Positions 9,404-18,514 of a stretch of 64,000 nt of DNA are shown in pieces (the stretch's first letter is position 1; each line of letters opens with the position of its first letter). The position numbers were made by a program, and so were the translations under genes. The notes under the pieces were generated by a model. It worked only from the letters and a program-made list of their open reading frames with translations, ran no database searches and was not told the origin of the DNA. The stretch covers positions 19,777 to 83,776 of IMG/VR virus record IMGVR_UViG_3300025838_000032, one strand, 5' to 3'. Source of the DNA: a virus (Duplodnaviria > Caudoviricetes).

Positions 9404-10033
9404 ATGTTCGTAACTAGAAAAACTAAGATCGTTTCTGCTCCTGCGGAAGAGGTCCTTGAAGTTGAAGATCCGTTTATTGAAGAGATCAAGAACGTTGTTA
9501 TACCTCAACAGGTATCAAATATAGAATTCTTAACTGTTGAAGATGAAAAAGACGATATCTATCACGGAACCCTAACTGACTATGATGGGAATCTTTATCA
9601 TTATTGGTGGGATAACAAACCCAAGAGAATAAAAACTCTACTTGGCAAAGAGGTTAACCCACTTACTTGGAATCTTTGCGACATTGTCCTGCAAAAGTAT
9701 TTTGCTAAGCCTAAGAAAGAAAAGGCTAAAAAGACAGAGTCATTATCTGAACAAGTAGAAAAAGCTCTTAAGCCAGTCCATGAGATGATGAAAAGTGTTG
9801 ATGGCAAGGTTGAAAAACTTCTATCCAAGCCAGCGGTAGCGGTCCCGACAGTCTCGTATTCTGCCCCTGTACAGCAGACTACTCAGCGTCCCGCCCCAAC
9901 GACCGTTACAGCCTCAACACAGGTAGATACACCAGCCATAAACGTTGCGGACGATGAAATAAGTATTAACGCACAAAGATTCTTACAGCAATCAAACACT
10001 GAAGATCTTGGTATAGATTATATGAGTCTCTAG
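9404..10033 (+). CDS. Hypothetical protein
   Basis: 209 aa ORF tiling the operon. Confidence 0.7.
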   Translation: MFVTRKTKIVSAPAEEVLEVEDPFIEEIKNVVIPQQVSNIEFLTVEDEKDDIYHGTLTDYDGNLYHYWWDNKPKRIKTLLGKEVNPLTWNLCDIVLQKYFAKPKKEKAKKTESLSEQVEKALKPVHEMMKSVDGKVEKLLSKPAVAVPTVSYSAPVQQTTQRPAPTTVTASTQVDTPAINVADDEISINAQRFLQQSNTEDLGIDYMSL

Positions 10034-10041
10034 GAGAGATT

Positions 10042-10770
10042 ATGAATTTCGCAGAGGGAAAAGGACCAAAGCAAGCAAAGAAGCCTTACGTCCTGGGACA
10101 ATTTGTAACTATTTATGGCAATGATGGGACGCCAGGTGCCGTAAACCCTGCCAACCCTCCTTATACACCTGTTGTGTCTGGCAGCACCTGGAATGGTGGA
10201 GTGGTCGGATCTTTGAACCCAGGTCTTAATGTCAGCCCATCTAACGTATACGATGTTAGTGTTATATGTGCCCCTGGGTCTAATGAAAGTTTACAAGACC
10301 TAGAATCAACTACAGCTGTCCTCAGTCCTGAAACCGGGTTCTCCGGAAGCTGCGTAGTCTCTTTACAAGCTACTTTAGATCGGTATACTCCAAACCCTTA
10401 TACTACATCTCCATCTGGAGCATACGGTAGCACCAACTGGATAACATTAGGAAGCGTCACCGTTACTGGTAATGGACCTAAGATTATTAATCTTGCCGTC
10501 TCCAGTGGTTACGCGTACCCAGCGTATAGGCTAATCGCAAGCGGTAATTCTGCTACGGGTGGTATTATCGACTGGGTTCTCCCGAATATGTTTATCGATC
10601 TAAGCGCTCAAGGAGTTGGACAAGAGGCCAACTGGATTAATGGTAGCATTGGTCAGCCAAATATCGCCTCTCCTGTGTCTATTACTATATCTGGTGGGCA
10701 AACAAACAATTACAGTAAATCTGCTGTGGCGTACGCCGCTACTGAAAACAACCACGACTATATAGGTTAA
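10042..10770 (+). CDS. Putative virion protein (S/T/G-rich beta domain)
   Basis: 242 aa, AGGAG RBS, several xSG motifs. Confidence 0.65.
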   Translation: MNFAEGKGPKQAKKPYVLGQFVTIYGNDGTPGAVNPANPPYTPVVSGSTWNGGVVGSLNPGLNVSPSNVYDVSVICAPGSNESLQDLESTTAVLSPETGFSGSCVVSLQATLDRYTPNPYTTSPSGAYGSTNWITLGSVTVTGNGPKIINLAVSSGYAYPAYRLIASGNSATGGIIDWVLPNMFIDLSAQGVGQEANWINGSIGQPNIASPVSITISGGQTNNYSKSAVAYAATENNHDYIG

Positions 10771-10779
10771 GGTATTGAC

Positions 10780-10968
10780 ATGGAACGATCACAGAATATA
10801 AGATTAAGTAACATACGCCGTGTAGGTGCGAACTTCGATTTTAATGGTAATCCTATTATTCAGAATACCTCTGGGGGTATTGTTCGTTTTAGCGGCGATA
10901 TTAATACTTATCCATGCGGCCACCAATCGATCCCCGGCGTAGATGCCTGTAGCTGCCAGACTTACTAG
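10780..10968 (+). CDS. Small hypothetical protein
   Basis: 62 aa, fills the gap before the portal; C-terminal Cys cluster. Confidence 0.55.
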   Translation: MERSQNIRLSNIRRVGANFDFNGNPIIQNTSGGIVRFSGDINTYPCGHQSIPGVDACSCQTY

Positions 10969-10980
10969 AAAGCACCAATA

Positions 10981-13900
10981 ATGGCGTCAAAAGACTGGAG
11001 TGCCTCTTCGGAGCTTAACCGAATGAGAGCATCTGGGATAACCCTTCCTAAAAACCCCATCGCTGGGCGTGTCGCCGCACGTGACATGCTGAACCGAGCT
11101 AAGACAAGTGGGTCGATGGCTAGCGAAGTAGGACCATTGGCTATGGCCATGAGCGGGCCTCCGGAAGGCCGTCAACGCCTCAACAAACTAGGTTCTGACT
11201 TCCTAGCAGAAAACGGTATGGCACGGACTCAGAATCGTAAGCTTGGTGCCGCAACTGGTAGCGATGCACAATGGGCTTGGCCAAAACTTCATGACCCATT
11301 CGAGTACTGGCGTGAACGTTGCGTCTTGCCCGGAGAAGAAATCACTCTTCTTGATGGTCCAAAGAAGATCGAAGATGTAACGTATGGTGATCAAGCCCTA
11401 ACACACATGGGCCGTTATCGTCGCGTCCTTGACCTCGGTAATCAAGAGTATGAGGGCAAGGTCTATGAGCTGAAGCCTCGTTATCGTACTTCTATCAAGG
11501 CGACTGCTGATCACCCAATTTGGACACTCCGCGAAGATGGCGGACAATTCATTCACGTCCAGGATCTAAAGCCAAATGATAAGATTCTTTTCCCAGTAGA
11601 TCGTAAGATCGAAGACAAAGACTTCATTGATCTTACAGAAATAATTGATCACTCTGACTTGGTCATTGAGAACGGCTATTTCACTCGTAAATTGAGTGAA
11701 AAAAGAAATGCATCACCAAAGCGTCCGACAGGCAAAATTGGTACGCCAATTAGTTCTTTACCAGTAGAGATTGAATTAACTGATGATTTCCTCTGGTTCC
11801 TTGGGCTATACATCGCTGAAGGCTCTACTGGTGGCACAGATAACAAAACGGTTCACATTTCTTTGTCCACAAAAGAAACAGATTTAATAAATAGAACAGT
11901 TAATATTCTTGAAAAGCTCACTGGCAAAGTAGCAGCTATTCGTGACCATACGAAGTATGGTGACAATTCTGTAATCATTGAACTCACAAATATTCCGTTG
12001 TCTCGTGCTCTGCCAGTCCTTTGTGGCAAAGGATCATATAATAAGCACTTTCCAGAATGGGCGCAATTCTTGCCAGAAGACAAGCAGAAGGCGTTGCTGC
12101 GTGGTTACTTTGATGGAGACGGTTGCTACCAGCCAGACATCTCTTCTTGTTTCACTTCATCTAACCATTTGCGTGATCAGATCCTCCAGATGATGGCAAG
12201 AAATGGATTCTTCCCATCTGTCTATCACAGAACCACTAAGTCATTCTCAAAGAAGATCGACGGTAAGAATATTGTTCTTAGTCGGACAGAGAATAGCGCG
12301 TTCCTGAATTGGATGGATATCCACATTTTTGATGAGATTGATGATGATGTTATTGTCAAGCGCGGTCGTAAATACCCAATTGAACATGTAGAAGAAGGCG
12401 TCTGGGTCCCCGTAGAAGAAATAATCGAATCAGATTACAAAGGTACTATTTATAGTCTTACGATTACGGAAGACCACTCGTATTGTGTTTCTGGTATTGC
12501 AACACGCAATACATGGTGGTTCAATATGGAGGACCCCGATGAACAGACTCGTAAGATCCGAGACTGGGCTCGTCTTCTTTACACTACTCACCACTTGGTG
12601 CCTGGTCTTATCGACATTTATACTCGTTTCCCACTTCTAGATATTGAGTTAGTTCACCCGGATAAGCGGATCGCTGATTTTTATAATGACTTATTCTTTA
12701 ATGGTCTTAACTACCAGGAATTTCTGTATGATTTAGGTAGAGAACATTGGGTGGTTGGCGAAGCTTTCGCTATGGGATCCTGGCACGATGGTATCGGTGC
12801 TTGGGAAGAGGATGAACTTATTAATCCCAACGACGTTATCGTTGCTAAGAACCGCGCTTTAAGAACATACCAATACCACGTCAAAGTGCCTGAGGAAATC
12901 AAGCGTCTTATTGAGCGTCGTGATCCTCCTCAGGAATACGCCATGCTCATGCAGCTTTACCCGGACGTAGTCGCCTGGGCTAGACAGGATAAAGAGATCC
13001 CTGTTTCTGATGTGATTATGAAGCAGGTTAAGTTCTCCGCCAATTCGTGGAGCGAGCATGGTACTCCTATTCTACTTCGTGCTTTTCGCATGCTTATGCT
13101 TGAGGAAAGTCTTAACGCCGCGCAAGACGCTATTGCTGACCGACTCTATTCTCCTCTTATTCTGGCTACCCTTGGTCTGCCTGACGTAGACCAGGATGGT
13201 CCGTGGATCCCTGATGCTCAAGAGCTCCAGAGTCTCCGTGACGACCTTGCGATGGCTATCAACTCGGACTTCCGTCTTATGACGTATCACCACGGGCTAC
13301 AGATCCAAAACGCTTTTGGACGAGAGTCTATGCCCCGCTTAGACCAAGACTTTATGAGAGTCCAGACCAATGTCATGGGCGTCTTTGGTATCGGTGCTGA
13401 CCTTATCCAAGGTGGTCAGGGTGGGACATACGCTTCTGGAGCTTTGAACCGTGAGCTTATTACGCAGATGCTCTCTACGTATCAGAATAAGATTAATAAG
13501 TTCTTCCGTAGCCGTATGGAACCCGTAGCAGAGAGGCAGGGCCACTATGAGATGCGTAACGTGGGCGGTCAGCATGTTCCTGTTATGGAAACTGTTCTTA
13601 TGGTCGATGAAGAGACTGGCGCTGAGTACGTTGAGGAACGCCCCAAGCTAGCTATACCTGAGGTCAGATTCCGCTCTATGAACCTCCGTGATGAGACAGT
13701 AGAACGTGGGTTCTTGCAGCAATTAGCTGCCAGCGGGTTCCCGATCTCTCTTGGCACGCTTGCCGTCAATATCCCAATTGACTTCGATGATGAGCTCGAG
13801 GCCCGTAAGGAAGAGAAGATCAAGACTGTTGTCGAAGAGCAGAAGTTCAAAGCAGAGCTCTTCAACCGCCTCTATACTCTACAACTTCCTATCCCGCCAG

Positions 13901-14496
13901 AATACGTTCAGGAGTACCAGGCGTATCTGGCCATGCTCGAGGATCCGTCTCTTGGCGCCCAGCTAGCTCCGGGAGCGATGGCCGGTCTTGTTACTCCTCC
14001 TGCTGCTCCTAATATGACTGATGTTGGCGCTATGGGTAGTGATGCCGCCGCAGGTGCACAAGTTTATCCAAGTATAAACCAGGAGGCTCGCCAACGCCCA
14101 GAGATCTCCTATGAGCAACGTAAGTCTCAACCCAAGCCTTCCAAAAAGGGTCCAAAGAATGGACCGAAGAAGAAGACAGCCTCTGTAGTCGGATGGGATG
14201 AAGACGATGAGTTCCAGGGTCGGGTTGAGTACGGTGATCGTATGAAATTCGCCGTGCCTTTTGAATCGAAGAAACGCAAGCGTATGAAGCTCGCTTCTGG
14301 TATGAAGATTATTATTGATGATTCATACGAGAAATTTGATGAAAATGAATTTATGAAGCATCTATCATCCATCATTGATGAGCCTATGATCCAAGAGCCT
14401 ACTGACCTTATGGAGCATAGTTCTGGTGAAGGTGGTATGGATCAGCCCGCAAGAAAACAAATTGATCCAACAGAAGAAGATTCTTTCCCTGAATAG
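10981..14496 (+). CDS. Portal protein containing an intein
   Basis: Extein reads FEYWRER|TWWFN...RDWARLLYTTHHLVPGLIDIYTRFPL...GEAFAMGSW...GTPILLRAFR, located directly upstream of the protease, scaffold and capsid genes. Confidence 0.8.
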   Translation: MASKDWSASSELNRMRASGITLPKNPIAGRVAARDMLNRAKTSGSMASEVGPLAMAMSGPPEGRQRLNKLGSDFLAENGMARTQNRKLGAATGSDAQWAWPKLHDPFEYWRERCVLPGEEITLLDGPKKIEDVTYGDQALTHMGRYRRVLDLGNQEYEGKVYELKPRYRTSIKATADHPIWTLREDGGQFIHVQDLKPNDKILFPVDRKIEDKDFIDLTEIIDHSDLVIENGYFTRKLSEKRNASPKRPTGKIGTPISSLPVEIELTDDFLWFLGLYIAEGSTGGTDNKTVHISLSTKETDLINRTVNILEKLTGKVAAIRDHTKYGDNSVIIELTNIPLSRALPVLCGKGSYNKHFPEWAQFLPEDKQKALLRGYFDGDGCYQPDISSCFTSSNHLRDQILQMMARNGFFPSVYHRTTKSFSKKIDGKNIVLSRTENSAFLNWMDIHIFDEIDDDVIVKRGRKYPIEHVEEGVWVPVEEIIESDYKGTIYSLTITEDHSYCVSGIATRNTWWFNMEDPDEQTRKIRDWARLLYTTHHLVPGLIDIYTRFPLLDIELVHPDKRIADFYNDLFFNGLNYQEFLYDLGREHWVVGEAFAMGSWHDGIGAWEEDELINPNDVIVAKNRALRTYQYHVKVPEEIKRLIERRDPPQEYAMLMQLYPDVVAWARQDKEIPVSDVIMKQVKFSANSWSEHGTPILLRAFRMLMLEESLNAAQDAIADRLYSPLILATLGLPDVDQDGPWIPDAQELQSLRDDLAMAINSDFRLMTYHHGLQIQNAFGRESMPRLDQDFMRVQTNVMGVFGIGADLIQGGQGGTYASGALNRELITQMLSTYQNKINKFFRSRMEPVAERQGHYEMRNVGGQHVPVMETVLMVDEETGAEYVEERPKLAIPEVRFRSMNLRDETVERGFLQQLAASGFPISLGTLAVNIPIDFDDELEARKEEKIKTVVEEQKFKAELFNRLYTLQLPIPPEYVQEYQAYLAMLEDPSLGAQLAPGAMAGLVTPPAAPNMTDVGAMGSDAAAGAQVYPSINQEARQRPEISYEQRKSQPKPSKKGPKNGPKKKTASVVGWDEDDEFQGRVEYGDRMKFAVPFESKKRKRMKLASGMKIIIDDSYEKFDENEFMKHLSSIIDEPMIQEPTDLMEHSSGEGGMDQPARKQIDPTEEDSFPE
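11320..12510 (+). mobile_element. Intein with LAGLIDADG homing endonuclease (397 aa)
   Basis: Block A CVLPGEEITL; block B IKATADHPIW; LAGLIDADG blocks LGLYIAEGST and LRGYFDGDG; ends HSYCVSGIATRN followed by +1 Thr. Confidence 0.92.
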
Positions 14497-14511
14497 GGTT
14501 TATAAACGTAT

Positions 14512-14546
14512 AAATAATGCACTAATAATTAGACGAAGCATTATTT
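14512..14546 (+). terminator. Intergenic hairpin after portal (possible terminator or regulatory site)
   Basis: AAATAATGC...GCATTATTT outer stem enclosing CTAAT/ATTAG; AT-rich, no clear U tract. Confidence 0.3.
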
Positions 14547-14557
14547 AATCAGGAGTT

Positions 14558-14749
14558 TTGATGAGCACTCTCTTTAATAATGAACCACCTCGAATATTGC
14601 CCAAAAAAGCTTTTAATAAGAGGAGTTTTTTAGACATTGTTAGCCCATTGATTAAGCTAGACATAATCAAAGAAGGTGAAGGTCTTAAGTGCAGAAATGC
14701 TCAAAAGCTTGTTTTAACGAATAGTATTTACGAAAAAATCAGCGAGTAA
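14558..14749 (+). CDS. Small hypothetical protein
   Basis: 63 aa, AGGAG RBS. Confidence 0.6.
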   Translation: MMSTLFNNEPPRILPKKAFNKRSFLDIVSPLIKLDIIKEGEGLKCRNAQKLVLTNSIYEKISE

Positions 14750-14752
14750 ACC

Positions 14753-15199
14753 ATGCTCGCTTCCTTTATTATTTTTGCTACGTCTTCAGCCGCGTACGAT
14801 GGTATTAATAACCTATATATTGTTCTTGGAATCATTGTTTCTGTAGGAACAATCCTTTTTGGTGTTAATAAATTCATCAAAGGTCTTAAAACTGATCTAG
14901 CTCAAGATATTACTTTAACAGTTGTAGAAAAAGCTAAGACTGATGTCGCAGTAGCTGTACAGCTTGCCGTGAGTCAAGAAGTAAAAGAAGCCATTAGTGC
15001 CTTAGATTATAAGATTACTCAGAATGGTAAGAATAGTAATAACCTAGGTGACGTAGCCGCCCGCACCGAAGAGAACGTTCTCGCTGTGAAGGACTCTTTG
15101 AACGCATTAATACCACTCGTTCAAAAGAATAATGATGTGCTCATGAAACACATAGGAGCACACATTGGGCATGGCGATTCTTGGATACAAATAAATTAA
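14753..15199 (+). CDS. Membrane protein with coiled-coil tail (holin-like candidate)
   Basis: Hydrophobic segments (MLASFIIFA; LYIVLGIIVSVGTILFGV) followed by a heptad-like region. Confidence 0.5.
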   Translation: MLASFIIFATSSAAYDGINNLYIVLGIIVSVGTILFGVNKFIKGLKTDLAQDITLTVVEKAKTDVAVAVQLAVSQEVKEAISALDYKITQNGKNSNNLGDVAARTEENVLAVKDSLNALIPLVQKNNDVLMKHIGAHIGHGDSWIQIN

Positions 15200-15252
15200 C
15201 ACAAAATTAATTATTACAATAGTGTAAAGACTACGCTAGCGCAAAATAGGCT

Positions 15253-15918
15253 ATGAACATGATAAAGTTTGGTGCTCCATCCATAACTCTACAAGGTAGA
15301 GAAACTCTCGCTGGTCACAACCAGCCAATCGAGCTACATAATATCACGTTTGACGACTTTGATTTTAAGCCTGAAAAGGGTTACGTCTACGCAGTATCCA
15401 GGGCTATCTCTTCCAGGGTAAACGCCAACTATGATGGTTGGCCGGTAGACCAGATCAAGAAAAGCTATAAGACTTTCGTTGGAAGACCAATCTACGTAGA
15501 GCACAATAATAGCGATCCTGAGAGATCTCGTGGTGTTATTCTTGACGCTATTTATCGTGAGTCTAAATTGGCGAGCGGTATAACCGACGCGAGCGTTTAT
15601 TGCTTGATGGAAGTCGATGCTCAGACTTTCCCCAAGCTTGGCAGCGCAATTATGGATGGAAGACTGAACGCTGTCAGCATGGGTGCTGATGTTGAGGGAA
15701 CGCAGTGCTCTGCTTGTGGTAAATACGCCAGCAAACCAGCTGAGTATTGCACGCACATTCCTCGTCTTAAAGGTAGAACTGTAACTGTTTACAAGCAAGG
15801 TAAAAGAATCGAAAGCCTTGTTTATGAAAGTTGTATCAAGCCAAACTTCTTCGAGCTCAGCTTCGTTTTTGAGCCCGCAGACGAGAGTGCCCATCTTATG
15901 CATAGAAAAAGATTCTAA
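15253..15918 (+). CDS. Capsid maturation (prohead) protease
   Basis: FVGRPIYVEHN (His), AVSMG (Ser), CSACG..YCTH zinc insert, FELSFVFEPAD; between portal and capsid. Confidence 0.85.
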   Translation: MNMIKFGAPSITLQGRETLAGHNQPIELHNITFDDFDFKPEKGYVYAVSRAISSRVNANYDGWPVDQIKKSYKTFVGRPIYVEHNNSDPERSRGVILDAIYRESKLASGITDASVYCLMEVDAQTFPKLGSAIMDGRLNAVSMGADVEGTQCSACGKYASKPAEYCTHIPRLKGRTVTVYKQGKRIESLVYESCIKPNFFELSFVFEPADESAHLMHRKRF

Positions 15919-15923
15919 TCTAA

Positions 15924-16619
15924 ATGCCATTTCTTAAGGTTTCGGACAATATAAAGAAATACGCCCTTGAGACTATCAGGGTTCCTATTTCTCCACTCGG
16001 GAATTGTCCACAATGCCAAAGCAACGGTTATAGAGATGGTATCTGCCCAGATTGTAGCTATATCGATCCGCAGGTTCTTGAAGCAATTCAAGAGTGGCAG
16101 AACGCTATGGGGATTCAACAAGTAATAAAGCAACAGCAATCAGAATTGTCTGAACAGAATCCTAACGCGAAAGCTGCTTATAGAAGCCTGTCTTTCGTAG
16201 ATATTTTACCATCGATTAGCAACGCAAAGACTAAATGCCCAAATTGCGGGCAAATGACCTTCAATAATGATTCCTTAAAAAAGGGAGAATTATCCGGATC
16301 TTGTGAGAATCCTGCGTGCAGTCATGAAATTGCTGGTGCCTTAGGGTTTAAAAGACCCAATTACTTGGGTATAGATCCTGAGATAATAAATTCTGTTAAG
16401 CGCAACTTTTTAAGTCCTGCGTCAATAAAGATCGAAAAGAATAAAAAGAAGTTGAAGAAAAGCGCGAAAGAGTCTTACGACCCAGGCGCTTTACAAGACG
16501 ATTCTATGAATGCCTCTATGGATGCTACCACTCGTATGTGGGACATGCTCAAAGACAATGCACAAATAGATTCACAGAATAAAAGCGAAGAAAACGCAAA
16601 AAACAGCGAGGAGCTATAA
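15924..16619 (+). CDS. Zinc-ribbon head-region protein
   Basis: CPQC, CPDC, CPNC, CENPAC motifs. Confidence 0.7.
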   Translation: MPFLKVSDNIKKYALETIRVPISPLGNCPQCQSNGYRDGICPDCSYIDPQVLEAIQEWQNAMGIQQVIKQQQSELSEQNPNAKAAYRSLSFVDILPSISNAKTKCPNCGQMTFNNDSLKKGELSGSCENPACSHEIAGALGFKRPNYLGIDPEIINSVKRNFLSPASIKIEKNKKKLKKSAKESYDPGALQDDSMNASMDATTRMWDMLKDNAQIDSQNKSEENAKNSEEL

Positions 16620-17941
16620 TGAGTCGTTTCGATGACGAGCTGGTTAAGACAGCCGAGAACGCTTACCAAGAGCGAGGTCTCTCTGGTCAGTTTACCACAC
16701 CAAGACAACAGCCATACGACCAGGTCAATACGGTTGGAACCGACTCGGCTCCTGGTGTGACTCAGGCACCCGCCCCTGCAGAAGAGGCTGGAGACTGGAT
16801 CGCCAACCAGCCCGCTGCGCACGTAGTTGATGTACGTGACCTTGATGCTGCTGATCAGGGCGAGATTATCGGTGGTCCCGGCTCGAGCGCCGTCTACGCC
16901 GAGGGTGGTCCCGTATACGCTAGCGTGAACCCGATTGATGAAAGTCTCTACAACGTTTACAAGGCTAGCCGAGACATTCGTACGGCTATCGATGAGCAAA
17001 CTGACTTTGACTTCTCTAACTTAATGACTGCTTCTACAGATGCGGCTACTGTACTTCGTTTCGCTAGCACAGACGACAATGCCAAGCAGGTCATTGGTAC
17101 TGTGGCGAGCATCGTTCAGGACATTGAGAACGACCTTGCCACAACTGGCGATTACAAACAGGCCGCTAAGGACCTTACAGAGCTCGAGAGCCTGTTGAAG
17201 GAAGTTAAGAAGGCTGCTACTGGCGATTCCGATGAAGAGTCTGACGATGACTCTGATGATTCTAAGACTGCCTCTAAGAAAGACGATGACTGCACCTGTG
17301 ACGGAGAGGGCACTTGCAAGTCTTGCAAGAAAGCTAAGAAGACCAAGAAGAAGCAGAAGAAGGCTTCTAATGGTAACCAGGAAAGCCTCGCTGTTATCGA
17401 TGTACGTGACCTTGACGATCAGGCTGGTCTGTTCGACCGCCAGCGCGTTATGACTCCTGACCACGTCACCAACCCTCTTGTTCCTGAAAAGGTGAATGGT
17501 GAGGACGCTGCTTATGTCCCATTCTACAACGATGGTGCTGAGTCGGGCGTAACTCCTCAGGTTGACCACGACCGCAATGCGTGGCCCTATGACGGCACTA
17601 ACCCAGCCCTAGTTGGCTATGCGGGCACCGTTGCCGCCGTACAGGCTAGCCGTGAGAAGATTTTTGAGGCTCTGCAGGTCGTAGAGCGTCTTGAGAAGCT
17701 GGGCATGGTCAATCACGATGACCGCGCCAAGCATATCGCAAAGTTTGAACAAATGTCAGATGCCAGTCTTACCGGTTTCAAAACGGCACTGGATGCGTTC
17801 GAAGAGTCTGGGGCTCGTCAACCCCGGAGCCAGAAAGTGGCAAGTGGTAATAACCGCATGCCAGAAATGGGTCGGTTGACAACGGCCTCAACAGTTACTC
17901 GTCAGGATGTTCAGTCTGACGATTGGCTGATGACACTTTAA
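16619..17941 (+). CDS. Putative scaffolding protein
   Basis: 440 aa acidic/helical, strong codon bias, precedes decoration and capsid genes; DVRDLD motif twice. Confidence 0.65.
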   Translation: MSRFDDELVKTAENAYQERGLSGQFTTPRQQPYDQVNTVGTDSAPGVTQAPAPAEEAGDWIANQPAAHVVDVRDLDAADQGEIIGGPGSSAVYAEGGPVYASVNPIDESLYNVYKASRDIRTAIDEQTDFDFSNLMTASTDAATVLRFASTDDNAKQVIGTVASIVQDIENDLATTGDYKQAAKDLTELESLLKEVKKAATGDSDEESDDDSDDSKTASKKDDDCTCDGEGTCKSCKKAKKTKKKQKKASNGNQESLAVIDVRDLDDQAGLFDRQRVMTPDHVTNPLVPEKVNGEDAAYVPFYNDGAESGVTPQVDHDRNAWPYDGTNPALVGYAGTVAAVQASREKIFEALQVVERLEKLGMVNHDDRAKHIAKFEQMSDASLTGFKTALDAFEESGARQPRSQKVASGNNRMPEMGRLTTASTVTRQDVQSDDWLMTL

Positions 17942-17969
17942 CCAAATCCCCTACTAAGGAGAAAGAAAA

Positions 17970-18491
17970 ATGCTGCAACTCAATAGCGTAGCCAACGTTG
18001 GGGTTCACCGTACGTGCACCCCACTGTACGAAAAGTACGAGGCTACACCCTACAACACATTCCTTGACCCCGCCGATACGACTAACATCTACTCGGGTAT
18101 GGTCTTGTACCGTACTGGTCCTGACACCGTAGCCAATGCTAGCGCCGCGACTTCTGTCGTTGGTGCCAAGCCTTTCGGCCTCTCGGCTCTTGACCGTAAC
18201 CCTAACATCGATGATGTTACTCAGGTTGGTGTTAACTCTTGGGCGGTTTGGCTCGGTGGTGCGAACGCGTTCTTCACCATTACGGCTCCCGCGTTTGACA
18301 CGACTCAGTCGTACTCTATCACTACCTCTGGTGTCCGTACTCTTCTGTACACCGCCTCTGGTACTGGTCAGCTTACTTCCGTTTCGGGTGCTGCCACAAC
18401 TCTGGCTGCTGTTCCTGTCGCTGAGCTTATCGATGTTATTAGCCCAACACAAATTGTTGTCCGTCTCGTCCCATTCGGCGCAACAGCCTAA
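17970..18491 (+). CDS. Capsid decoration / minor capsid protein
   Basis: 173 aa beta-rich, AAGGAG RBS, directly upstream of the major capsid gene, high-expression codon bias. Confidence 0.65.
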   Translation: MLQLNSVANVGVHRTCTPLYEKYEATPYNTFLDPADTTNIYSGMVLYRTGPDTVANASAATSVVGAKPFGLSALDRNPNIDDVTQVGVNSWAVWLGGANAFFTITAPAFDTTQSYSITTSGVRTLLYTASGTGQLTSVSGAATTLAAVPVAELIDVISPTQIVVRLVPFGATA

Positions 18492-18514
18492 GGTATCTGA
18501 AAGGAAATATAAAC

